Shown here: positions 28,321-38,382 of the stretch, in pieces
Layout of the letters: each line of letters opens with the position of its first letter
Numbering within the stretch: position 1 is the stretch's first letter
DNA from: Planctomycetota bacterium
Lineage (GTDB): Bacteria; Planctomycetota; B143-G9
DNA length: 64,000 nt
Assembly: GCA_034521065.1 (NCBI GenBank)
Contig: JAXHMW010000014.1
Coordinates: forward strand, 48,913 to 112,912
Direction: 5' to 3'
Notes under the pieces: model-generated
Database searches by the model: none
Seen by the model: only the letters and a program-made list of their open reading frames with translations
Told to the model about the DNA's origin: nothing
Position numbers and translations under genes: made by a program

Positions 28321-29177
28321 CTCCTCGGTCTGCAGAGACTGTCGAGGTCATGAGTATCGAATTCGGTGCCGTTGAGCGCGTCGCGGCAGGGCGAAAAATC
28401 GTAGTTTTCCAGTACCCATTTGACGCGTTTCTCGGTGGTTGACAGGTTTATGTAATGGCGAAGCGGGAACCGCAGCTTAAGCCGCAGGCGCGGCTGGCGG
28501 GGGTCCAGCTCCCACGGATGGAAGTAAACAACAAGCGGTTCACCTCTGCGCACGCGGGAGTTCAGCACGTTCTTCGTCATCCAGAAGGGATAGATGCGCA
28601 GATAGCCGCCTCCTCCGACACCGGTGCGCAGTCCTGCAACCGACATGGTTGTGGGAGGAATTTCCAGCAGGTTTACCTCGTCACCGAAGTCTATGCGGTA
28701 GGGCAGGTGGGGCGTGCCCGGCCAGCCGTAGTCGGGATGATGTACGGGAAACACCGAACTGTCGTAGCGAATGCCGCTCGCCGCAAGTTCGCGCAGAAGC
28801 TCGCAGTTCTTCGCCTTGACCGAGAAGTACGGAGCGCGAAAACCCAGTATGCCTTCACCGGCGATGTCCGAGATAATCTCGATGCTCTGCTGTGCCTGTT
28901 GTATTTGCTGTTCCTGTGGCAGCTTGTCGAAGAACAAATGGTCCAAACCGTGACTGGCGACCTCATGGCCCGCCTTTATTACTTCCTTTACAAGCGACGG
29001 GTGTTCCTTCGCACGGGAGGCGAGGAAGAAGAAGGTCGCGCCGTTGGATGTAGATTCCAGGATGTCCAGGCAGCGGTGCATCTCATCCTCGAGACGTGAA
29101 ACGCAGCCTGCGGCGACCTCCGCGGGTGCTTCCTCAAAGTATTCCTCAACGTCAATGGTCAGGTAGTTATCAGCCAT
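28317..29177 (-). CDS. Polysaccharide deacetylase (CE4) of the DUF3473/PEP-CTERM-locus type
   Basis: ATG 29177 overlaps the upstream stop. Motifs: YLTIDVEEYF, ATFFFLAS, AGHEVASHGLDH, RAPYFS and the DUF3473-like tail YFHPWELD. Confidence 0.75.
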   Translation of the reverse strand: MADNYLTIDVEEYFEEAPAEVAAGCVSRLEDEMHRCLDILESTSNGATFFFLASRAKEHPSLVKEVIKAGHEVASHGLDHLFFDKLPQEQQIQQAQQSIEIISDIAGEGILGFRAPYFSVKAKNCELLRELAASGIRYDSSVFPVHHPDYGWPGTPHLPYRIDFGDEVNLLEIPPTTMSVAGLRTGVGGGGYLRIYPFWMTKNVLNSRVRRGEPLVVYFHPWELDPRQPRLRLKLRFPLRHYINLSTTEKRVKWVLENYDFSPCRDALNGTEFDTHDLDSLCRPRR

Positions 29178-30313
29178 GAAATCCGGCGAATTGCTCTGTT
29201 GCACGAATGTAGCGGTATTCGAGTTTGCGGCAGAACTCCTCGGGACCATCGCAGGCCACCATATCACGGGCGTTTGCTGCAAGTGAACTCAGGAGCCGGG
29301 GTTCTCCGTGTGCACGGGTAAGGGCCTTCGCGAGAGCGCGTTCGTCATCGGGGGCGAAAAGCAGCCCGTTAAACTCATGGAACAGTGCCTCGGATATGCC
29401 GGGGATGTCGCTCGCAACGACAGGAACTCCCGCGCTCATAGCCTCGAGAAGCGTATAGGGATAGCCCTCCCAGCGCGAGGGCATTGCGAACAAATGCAGC
29501 GAGACGAAGAACTCGTAGATGTCGTCAACGTGACCGACGAACTCGACGCTGCCGCTCACACCGAGCCTCGCCGCCATGGCCTTAAGGTCTTCTTCGAGAG
29601 GGCCCTCACCGGCTATGAGCAGTCGGCTGTCGTGAACTTTCACATGAAACTCCGCAAACGCGCGGATAAGCGTATCCAGGCCCTTTTGATGCATTAGGCG
29701 TGCCGCTGTGCCGACTGTCCATTTGTCCGTGGGAGGGGAACGCCTGAGCTGCGAGGGTGGCGGCTCAACCGTGTTCTTCAAAACGTGTATGCGTGAAACC
29801 GGCAGAATATGGGCTCGTGCGGCCTGCTCGTACTGGGTGTCCGAGACTGCAAGAACCTCGTTGGTCATAGTGCCCGCGAACTTCTCTGCGAGACGGTACA
29901 GGTTACTGCGAAGCCAGCGCTTCTCCCAACTGAAAGCCCAGAGATGGGGGGTGTGGAAGCACAGGGGAACTCCGCACAGTTTGGCCGCGAGCCTCCCGAG
30001 TATGCCGCCCTTGGATGCGTGGGTGTGAACGATGCGCGGCTTGAACGCGCGAACGGCCTTCATCACATTCAACACGCCCCGGATATCGGCCATTGGGCAG
30101 ACTTCACGTTCGAGTTCCACGTTGAATACCTCGAAGCCTTCATCCCGCAGGTTCTTCGAGTCCTTCTCCACTGTCTCGGGGTCTCTTTTGACAGAGAGCA
30201 CGAACCCGAGTTCGAAGCGGTTGCGGTCGATGTTGCGCGCAATCTGCAGCAGGTGTCTGCGCGTACCGCCGAGGGTGGCCTACGAAAACGTGAAGAACGC
30301 GAATCTTATCCAT
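29170..30313 (-). CDS. GT4-family glycosyltransferase; one frameshift as assembled
   Basis: MDKIRVLHVF from ATG 30313 (GGAGACA RBS). After a break near 30262-30270 it continues ATLGGTRRHLLQIARNI...EGYPYTLLEAMSAGVPVVASD (the E-x7-E region). Confidence 0.75.
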
Positions 30314-30952
30314 TGTCTCCCTGCAGCAGCGATGGTTGAGAAATGAGCTTGCCCGGCTCCTTTTCGTCCGGCAGGGCAAGGCCCGTCTCGATGAAGTGGG
30401 CGAGGGTGCGAACTGAGTCCAGTCCGCCGTCCATAATTATTTCGAGGGCCTTGACGAGCATATCCTTCTCGAACGGCACCGGCAGTGTGGAAGCGACGAT
30501 ATCAGAGGTGAAAGCGAGTCTCGAAGGCGCAGAATGGCATCGGAGAGTATCTCGGAATGGTCGAAGGCGAGCGGAGGCGGTTCGAGCGCGTCGAACCACT
30601 TGACCTCTGCTGCGTCGTCGCCGGCTGCCACGTCCTTTTCCGTGCGAAGCGTCGAAGCCAACGAAAGCGAAGAGAGATGCTCGCGGCCACCGGGGTCGCG
30701 GTCGGGGATGCTGTACGGCCTGTGGTAAAAGAGACGCATGTTGGCGAGTCCCGTCTCCTCTTCGAGTTCCCTTTCGACGGCTCGTTCGAGCGTCTCGTCA
30801 ATGTCAACGAAACCACCAGGCAGCGCCCATCTGTCGCGATAGGGATCCTTGCCTCGCTTGACGAGCAGCACCTGTAGCCTGTCCTTGTCCAGTCCGAAGA
30901 CCACAGCGTCAACCGTGACCATGGGACGAGGGTAGTTATAGTTGTACGACAT
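30306..30952 (-). CDS. Nudix hydrolase with C-terminal winged-helix-like extension (NrtR-like architecture); one frameshift as assembled
   Basis: Nudix box GGFVDIDETLERAVERELEEETG. AFDHSEILSDAILRLR then continues in ORF 30306-30599 as LAFTSDIVASTLPVPFEKDMLVKALEII. The break is about 30520-30535. Confidence 0.6.
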
Positions 30953-31137
30953 TCTGCGCTCCGCGGTTTTCGGGTTCTCTCTACTCTGATATTCTATATC
31001 CTTGTAGTGCAAATGGCGCAAGCAGGTAGTCTTGTGCGTTCAAATTCGGGAAATGGGTGCAGAAGACAAGCGGCACACACTTTGTTACAGACAAACAGCA
31101 GATATAATCTCGGCGGCTATCTAACCTTGGGACGATA

Positions 31138-33719
31138 ATGCTTCAATGGGTTCAGAAGTTCATAGCTCGGATGATCAAATTCTTCTTCGGCGACCCGAAC
31201 GAACGGGAGCTGAAGCGCCTGAGACCGCTTGTTGACAAGGTCAACTCGTACGAAGAAGAAATGCAGAAGATGTCGGACGAGCAGTTGCGGGCAAAGACCG
31301 ACGAGTTCAAACGCCGTTACAAAGAAGGCGAGGATCTTGATTCCCTGCTGCCCGAGGCCTTTGCCGTTGTGCGCGAAGTCGCAAAACGGAAGGTGGAAAT
31401 GCGTCATTATGACGTACAGGTGCTGGGCGGCATTGTCCTTCACCAGGGCAAGATTGCAGAGATGGCGACCGGTGAGGGAAAACTGTCGTCGCAACCATGC
31501 CCGCGTATCTCAACGCTCTCACGGGTCAGGGCGTTCACATCGTGACAGTGAATGACTACCTTGCCCGGCGGGATGCCGAATGGATGGGCCCGGTATTCGA
31601 GACCCTCGGCCTTACCGTCGGCGCGATACAGTCCGACATGGCGAGGAGCGCAAAGAAGCCTACGCTGCTGATATCACCTATGGTACGAACAACGAATTCG
31701 GCTTCGACTACCTGCGTGACAACATGAAGGACTCCAAGGAGAACCAAGTCCAGAGAAGCCGCTACTACGCCATTCTCGACGAGGTGGACAACATCCTCAT
31801 TGACGAGGCTCGCACCCCGCTCATCATCAGCGGCCCGGCTGAGGACAGTGTCGAGAAGTACTACCTTTGCAACAAGGTCGGCAAGCTGCTCAAGGAAGGC
31901 GAGGACTTCACCCTCAACGAGAAGGGCAGCCACCTGCGGTCTCACGGACGAGGGCATCAACAAGGCCCAGCGCATCCTCGGCATAGCTGACATGTTCGAC
32001 GGTGCTAACATAGACATGATGCACTACGTTGATAACGCCCTTCGCGCCCATAACCTCTACAAAAGAGAGAGCGACTACATTGTCAAGGATGGTGAGATAG
32101 TCATCGTGGACGAGTTCACCGGCCGTCTCATGTCAGGAAGGCGCTGGAGCGACGGACTGCACCAAGCGGTCGAGGCCAAGGAAGGGCTGAAGATCAAGCG
32201 CGAGAACCAGACCCTCGCGACCATCACATTTCAGAACTTCTTCCGCCTTTACGATAAAATCGCAGGCATGACTGGAACCGCTGCCACCGAGGCGGTCGAG
32301 TTCAACAAGATATACGGGCTTGATGTCGTAGTTGTGCCTACCAATAAGCCTGTAATTCGCGACGACCGCCCCGACCTCATCTACGGCTCCGCCGAGGAGA
32401 AGTGGAATGCGGTTATAGACGACATTATAGAGAACCACAGAAAGGGCAGGCCGATACTCGTCGGTACGACGTCTATCGACAAATCCGAGTACCTTTCCAA
32501 GAAGCTCAAGGTCAAGGGCATAAAGCATACGGTGCTCAACGCCAAGTATCACGAGAAGGAAGCCGAGATCGTCGCCGCGGCGGGCGAAAAGAACGCCGTC
32601 ACCATCGCGACCAACATGGCGGGCCGAGGCACTGACATCAAGCTCGAAGACGGCGTTACAGAGCTGGGCGGTCTTCACGTTTTGGGTACTGAGCGACACG
32701 AGGCAAGGCGAATAGACAACCAGCTTCGCGGTCGTTCCGGACGACAGGGAGACCCGGGCTCGTCACGCTTCTATCTCAGTCTCGAAGACGACATGATGCG
32801 CATATTCGCCTCGGACATGGTGAAGAACATCATGAAGCGCGTGGGGCTCAAGGACGGTCAGCCGCTCGAATCGAAGATGGTGACCAACGTCATCGAGAAG
32901 GCGCAGCGAAAGCGAGAAGAACACAACTTCGAGATTCGAAAGAACCTTACCGAATACGACAAGGTTATGACCGAGCAGCGTGAGCTTATCTACGGTCAGC
33001 GCCAGGACCTGCTCGAAGACCGTGACATCGAAAAGATGCTGTGGGAAATGTTCGAGGAGACCACCGACAACGCCATCGACATTCACCTGTTGGAGGTTGA
33101 GGATCCGAAGAACCGCGACTACGAGGGCCTTGCGGAATGGACCGAGCGCAAGCTCAACATGGATGTGCCTTCGGGCTACTTCTCGGGAATGAGCCCGGAA
33201 CAGTGCCGCGAGAAGATTCTCGATGCGACCCGAAAAGCACTCGACAGGCGCAGGGAGGAAGTGGGCGAGGACACCTTCCGCATGTACACCAAGTATCTCA
33301 TGCTCCTGACGCTCGACGGCAAGTGGAAGGACCACCTGCTCGCGATGGACCACCTCAAGGAGTCGGTTGGGTTCCGTGGATATGGTCAGCGAGACCCGTT
33401 GATGGAATACAAGAAGGAGGGATACGAACTGTTCAGCCAGATGGTGGATTCCATCAAGGAAGAGATTACCAACAGGCTGTTCTACCTTCGCACGGTTGAC
33501 GAGGACGCACAGGAACGTCTGCGGCAGCGTTGGTCCATTGACTCCGCCATCAAGGAAGAATACTCCGGTGTGGACAACCTCGCCACGAACCGCGAGAGTG
33601 GCCAACCGTCCGTTCGCCAGCACAAGCGCACATCTCCCAAGGTCGGACGCAACGACCCCTGTCCGTGCGGGTCGGGCAAGAAGTACAAGAAGTGCTGCGG
33701 CAGAAACGTAAGGGTATAG
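31138..33719 (+). CDS. secA: Preprotein translocase ATPase SecA; three frameshifts as assembled
   Basis: Four ORF fragments tile SecA: [115 protein letters not shown] and the C-terminal [14 protein letters not shown]. Breaks are at 31479-31482, about 31638-31645 and about 31925-31940. Confidence 0.95.
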
Positions 33720-33740
33720 GCAAGTACGAAAAAGATATAG

Positions 33741-33765
33741 AGGGCCGCCGAGTGCGGCCCTTTTT
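33741..33765 (+). terminator. Rho-independent terminator after secA
   Basis: agggccgc / cgagt / gcggccct followed by tttt. Confidence 0.75.
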
Positions 33766-33824
33766 CATTGGCGTGAACTCTCGAAAACGGGGATAGAATA
33801 CACTAAACAGTTTTCGGAGGAGCA

Positions 33825-34718
33825 TTGCGCGACGCAATAACTATTTCCGGCCTGACTATTCGCTACGGTCAGCTAACGGCAGTTGACGGAATCGGCTTCA
33901 CTGTCGCAAAAGGCGAGACCTTCGGTTTTCTCGGCCCCAACGGTGCCGGCAAGACCACCTGCATACACGCGATGTGCGGGCTGCTCGAACCCGATGAAGG
34001 CGAGATATCGCTCGCAGACGGCATGAATCCCGCGAAACCCGAGGCACGCAGGTCGGTCGGAATCGCTCCGCAGGCTCTATCGCTGTACGAGGAGTTGTCC
34101 GGAGAGTACAACCTGTCTTTCTTCTCCCGCATGTACGGCCTCTCGGGGGAGAAACTCGCCAAAAGGGTCGCCGAGTCGCTGGATTTCGTGGGGCTTACAG
34201 AGCGCCGCGGCGACAGGGTACGAAATTACTCGGGCGGGATGAAGCGAAGACTCAACCTCGCTTGTGCGCTCGTACACGAACCCGACCTCGTCTTCCTCGA
34301 CGAGCCCATGGTGGGAGTTGATCCCCAGTCCCGCAGTCACATGTTCGACGCCATAGAGAAATTGCGCGAGCGCAAGGTGACCATCGTTTACACCACCCAC
34401 TACATGGAGGAAGCGCAGAGGCTCTGCGACCGAGTCGCCATCATGGACAGGGGCCGTATCGTCGCGCTCGACACCGTTGATGCGCTTATCGAAAAACACG
34501 GAGGCTCGTCGAGCGTGAGCATCCGCCTTGACGACCCGGGGAGCTGGAAGGGCGAAGGCGAGGTGCGTGACGGCGTTGTGACCATTGAAACCGAAGAACC
34601 GATGAATTGCCTGCGGACCCTCTTCAAGTACGGTGTGAGCGTAAGGACGCTGAAGCTCGAAAGGCCGAACCTCGAGCGAGTTTTTCTGAATATCACCGGC
34701 AGAAAGCTGAGGGACTGA
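33825..34718 (+). CDS. ABC transporter ATP-binding protein (ABC-2/DrrA-like)
   Basis: TTG start after GGAGG. Walker [10 protein letters not shown], signature YSGGMKRRL, Walker B LVFLDEP. Confidence 0.9.
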   Translation: MRDAITISGLTIRYGQLTAVDGIGFTVAKGETFGFLGPNGAGKTTCIHAMCGLLEPDEGEISLADGMNPAKPEARRSVGIAPQALSLYEELSGEYNLSFFSRMYGLSGEKLAKRVAESLDFVGLTERRGDRVRNYSGGMKRRLNLACALVHEPDLVFLDEPMVGVDPQSRSHMFDAIEKLRERKVTIVYTTHYMEEAQRLCDRVAIMDRGRIVALDTVDALIEKHGGSSSVSIRLDDPGSWKGEGEVRDGVVTIETEEPMNCLRTLFKYGVSVRTLKLERPNLERVFLNITGRKLRD

Positions 34719-36043
34719 TGGGCAAGGTCTTTGTAATGGCCGTAAAGGATCTGCGCATTCTCTGGGCACGACAAGGTCTCGCTTTTCTTCGTGCTTGCCT
34801 TCCCTCTCATTATCAGCTTGCTTACCGGCACCGTCTATGGCGGAATGGGTTCGGGCGACAACTTGTCGTTGTCGGTCGTGTTCATAGACTTCGACGATAC
34901 CGAAACAAGCGCGGACTTCGTGGAAAAACTCTCCGCCGATGAGTACATCAAGGCATACACTGGTCCAACCTGGCAAAGGACGGGGATGTTCCCGACGATG
35001 AAGCAGTCGAGCTTGCCCGCAAGTACGTCCGCAAGGGCTCTGTGGACTGTTTCCTCGTTCTTCCGCAAGGCTTTGAGAAGTCGCTCGACCGCTTCTGGGA
35101 AGGCGGAGGCGAATTGCGCATGGGGATCGACCCCACCAAGCAGGCGCAGTCCGGCATTCTCAGGGGCCTTATCATGCGAACCTGGTTCGAGCTGATGCAT
35201 CAGCGTTTCATGGACGTTGAACGTTCCCGTGAACTTGTTAGCGACGGCATCGAGCAACTCGAACAGTCCGAGGAGCTGGGCTGGATGGAGAAGGGCGTGC
35301 TGCTGACGTTTCTGAGGTCTCTGGATGACATGCTCGGCAATGTCAGCGATGAAGAGGGTTTCGCGCAGGGTGCCCAAGGCGGGGGCTTCAACGGCCCTGA
35401 AATCGTGACGCAGGACGTTTCCAGGGACAGCGTCGGCCCACGTTCGGCGTTCGAGGTGACCTTTCCCTCCGGCATTCTGTGGGCGATGATTGCCTGCGTC
35501 TCCGCGTTCGCTGTCTCCACCGTGCGCGAGCGCACTCACGGCACGCTGCTTCGACTGAACGTCGCACCTGTCACCCACTCGCACTTCCTCGCGGGAAAGG
35601 CACTGGCCGCATTCATCGCATGCACCGTCGTCACGCTCATGCTGCTTGCAATCAGCCAACTGCCCGCCTTCGGAGTGCGTTTCGACGAGCCCGGCAAGGT
35701 CGCGCTCGCGGTAATATGCAACTCGTTATGCTTCGTTGGCATCACAATGCTTGTGAGCACTCTCGGAAAAACGGAACAGGCCGTGGGCGGTCTGAGCTGG
35801 GGCGTGCTTCTGATAATGGCGATGTTCGGAGGCGGAATGATACCGCTGTTCATAATGCCCGACTGGCTTCTTGTCCTGAGCGATTTTTCGCCCGTCAAAT
35901 GGGGCATAACAGCGTTTGAGGGCGCGATTTGGCGAGATTACAGCTATGCGGAACTCGCTTTGCCGTGCGGAATTCTGCTCGCGGTCGGAGTGGTTGGCTT
36001 CCTGGTCGGAGTTTTTCGACTTTCCAAACAGGGGAGAGCTTGA
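34718..36043 (+). CDS. ABC-2 type transporter permease; two frameshifts as assembled
   Basis: ATG overlaps the ATPase stop (TGATG). [16 protein letters not shown], then DKVSLFFVLAFPLIISLLTG, then LAKDGDVPDDEAVELARKYVRKGSVDCFLVLP, then six TM helices in ORF 35042-36043. Breaks are at about 34762-34770 and about 34950-34972. Confidence 0.75.
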
Positions 36044-36882
36044 GCTACGCATCCGAAGCGGTACAGTTCGAAGGTTCGAAGGGCAGGCTGCTTACCGGTG
36101 TTTTGCGCAGCGGCGGCGGGAAGGTGTGCCTCGTAACCGTTCACGGCTGGGGAGCGAACCGAATTGGGCCCAACGACCTGCTGGTAACACTTTGCAAGAA
36201 AGCGGCTTGTGCGGGTGAGATGTCGCTTTGTTTCGACCTGTCAGGGCGCGGAGACTCGCAGGGAGACCCATCGGAGGTCTGCGTTGACGACATGATGGAC
36301 GACGTGACTCATGCGGTCGGGTTCGCTCGTTCAAAGGGTGCCGAAAAGGTAGTGCTGTTCGGGCTGTGTTCCGGCGGCAATGCTGCGCTCGGAGCGGTTT
36401 CGACCGGCGCGGAGGTCTCGCATGTGATTGCTGTCTCGACGTTTCCGTTCGTGGAGATATCCGACAAGGGTGCAAAGACCAGAAAGACGGCCGGTTTCGC
36501 CAGGGGTTACCTTATGAAGCTCTTCAAGGCTCAGACCTGGGGCAAGCTGTTTCGGGGCGCGGTCTCGTTCAAGGGGGTATGGCGCACACTGTTCGGCCAC
36601 CACTCGAAGAAGAAGGTCTCTCAGGACAGAAAGCTCAAGGACGCCCGGCGCGATGTTCTGGCGGGACTGCAACGCTACAGCGGGAATATCGTGCACGTAT
36701 ATGCCACCGCGGATCCGGAATACGAACCCTCCCGCACGTACTTTGAGTCCGAATACGGCAAGAGGAAAATCTCTTCAGGCTACGTGGAGATAGAGCGCGC
36801 GAACCACAATTTCTACGGCATCGAGTGGCGCGAGACCCTGTGGCAAACCGTTCGTGAGGCTCTCAGCTCCACTCAGAGATAG
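36040..36882 (+). CDS. Alpha/beta-fold hydrolase
   Basis: A TTG at 36040 overlaps the permease stop. VTVHGWGANRIG and the nucleophile elbow GLCSGGNAA are present. The start is uncertain. Confidence 0.6.
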   Translation: MSYASEAVQFEGSKGRLLTGVLRSGGGKVCLVTVHGWGANRIGPNDLLVTLCKKAACAGEMSLCFDLSGRGDSQGDPSEVCVDDMMDDVTHAVGFARSKGAEKVVLFGLCSGGNAALGAVSTGAEVSHVIAVSTFPFVEISDKGAKTRKTAGFARGYLMKLFKAQTWGKLFRGAVSFKGVWRTLFGHHSKKKVSQDRKLKDARRDVLAGLQRYSGNIVHVYATADPEYEPSRTYFESEYGKRKISSGYVEIERANHNFYGIEWRETLWQTVREALSSTQR

Positions 36883-37943
36883 CGTTCGTAACCTTCCTTC
36901 TTCAGCTTCTCGATAAACGTCTTGATCTCTGAAGCACGCTCCTTCGGCATTACGAGCAGAGCGTCCGGCGTGTCAACTATAACGAGGTCCTTCACGCCCA
37001 CGGCTCCCACGAGCCTACCGCCTTCGCCGCAGATAATCGAGTTCTCAGCGTTGAGCTCAACGACCGAGCCGGTGATTAGGTTGCCGTTCTTGTCGCAGGA
37101 CATATGGCGTTCGAGTGCCAGCCAGTTTCCCACGTCATCCCACTGAAACTCTGCCTCGCAGATTACGGCGTCGCCGGTTTTCTCCATCACGGCGTAGTCA
37201 ATGCTGATGCTGTCGGTCTGGGGGAAGTGGTTCGAGAATGCGCTTTCAAAGTCGTCCGTGCCCCAGCGCTGGGCGATTTTCGTCACCTTCTCCCAGGTGT
37301 TTGGCAGGAATTTGTGCAACTCGTCGAGAATGCGCGCGGCTTTCCATACGAAAATGCCGCAGTTCCAGTAGTACTCGCCGGACTCGAAGTAGTTTCTGGC
37401 GACCTCGAGCGGTGGCTTCTCGCGGAACTCCGTTACGGAATATACTCCCGGTTCGATGTTCTGTCCGCGATGGATGTAGCCGTATTCGGTGGCGGGGCGG
37501 GTGGGACGTACGCCGATGGTGACAAGGTGCTTCCCTTCGGCGGCGACTTCGTTGGCCTTCTGGACGGTTCGCAGAAAGGCGTCCTGAGGGTATATCAGGT
37601 GGTCCGCGGGAAACATTGTAACGACCGCATCGTCATTCAGCCTCTGCGCTATCGCAGCGGAAAGAGCAACGCAGGGCGCGCTGTCCATTCCGATCGGTTC
37701 GAGTATGAGGTTCTCAGCTGGAAGCTCCTTGGTGAATTCCCTGCAAACCTCTTCCTGCTGCCTGGCGGATACCACGAAGATATTCTCCTTCTTGTAGAAG
37801 GGAAGAAGCCTCTCTATTGTGCGTTCGAGCAAAACGCCGATTTCGCCGAACGGGATTAGGTGTTTCGGTGTGTTCTTGCGGCTCTTCGGCCAGTATCTCG
37901 TTCCCGAGCCTCCTGCCATGATGAATGCGTACTTCATTTGCAA
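36873..37943 (-). CDS. Mannose-1-phosphate guanylyltransferase-like NDP-sugar pyrophosphorylase
   Basis: FIMAGGSGTRYWPKSRKNTPKHL, MFPADHLI, TIGVRPTRPATEYGYI. Confidence 0.8.
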   Translation of the reverse strand: MQMKYAFIMAGGSGTRYWPKSRKNTPKHLIPFGEIGVLLERTIERLLPFYKKENIFVVSARQQEEVCREFTKELPAENLILEPIGMDSAPCVALSAAIAQRLNDDAVVTMFPADHLIYPQDAFLRTVQKANEVAAEGKHLVTIGVRPTRPATEYGYIHRGQNIEPGVYSVTEFREKPPLEVARNYFESGEYYWNCGIFVWKAARILDELHKFLPNTWEKVTKIAQRWGTDDFESAFSNHFPQTDSISIDYAVMEKTGDAVICEAEFQWDDVGNWLALERHMSCDKNGNLITGSVVELNAENSIICGEGGRLVGAVGVKDLVIVDTPDALLVMPKERASEIKTFIEKLKKEGYERYL

Positions 37944-38058
37944 CCCTCTGAGTGCATCTGGAGTGAAGCGGCTGACTTTTGAGCGATATGCATTATACTT
38001 GTAGTAATGTCAAGATAAAGTGAGGAACATGTTCGAACTCTCTCTCGAAAGGCCCGCC

Positions 38059-38337
38059 ATGAAAAGATTCACAATAGTTCTGACAGTATTCGCTCTCACC
38101 CTGTTCTGCTCATCAGTTCTCGCCGAAGGCGCGTACATGGGAGTGAACCTCGGCGTGAGTGAAAACCCGCCGGGGATACTCATCCAGAAGGTATGGGAAG
38201 ATTCTCCCGCCGCCGAGGCGGGACTTCTTGACGGAGACGTCATCACGGCCGTTGACGGCGTGGAATACGCCGGACAGGACGGGCTGAAGAAATTGCGAGA
38301 GGTCCTCGGGCAAGTGGGAACCAGGTCGACACGGTAG
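38059..38337 (+). CDS. Signal peptide plus PDZ domain ORF, probably the frameshifted N-terminus of the following gene
   Basis: MKRFTIVLTVFALTLFCSSVLAEG, then PDZ segment GILIQKVWEDSPAAEAGLLDGDVITAVDGV. The PDZ continues in another frame (GNQVDTVALSVSRKSVVQELYV) up to 38383. It shares its frame with ORF 38383-40515. Confidence 0.6.
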   Translation: MKRFTIVLTVFALTLFCSSVLAEGAYMGVNLGVSENPPGILIQKVWEDSPAAEAGLLDGDVITAVDGVEYAGQDGLKKLREVLGQVGTRSTR

Positions 38338-38382
38338 CGCTGTCCGTAAGCCGTAAGTCCGTGGTGCAGGAACTATACGTCA

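Noticed and set aside
34077-34976. 299-aa minus-strand ORF
   Set aside because: It is antisense to the ABC ATPase (Walker A, signature and Walker B all on the plus strand) and to the start of the permease.
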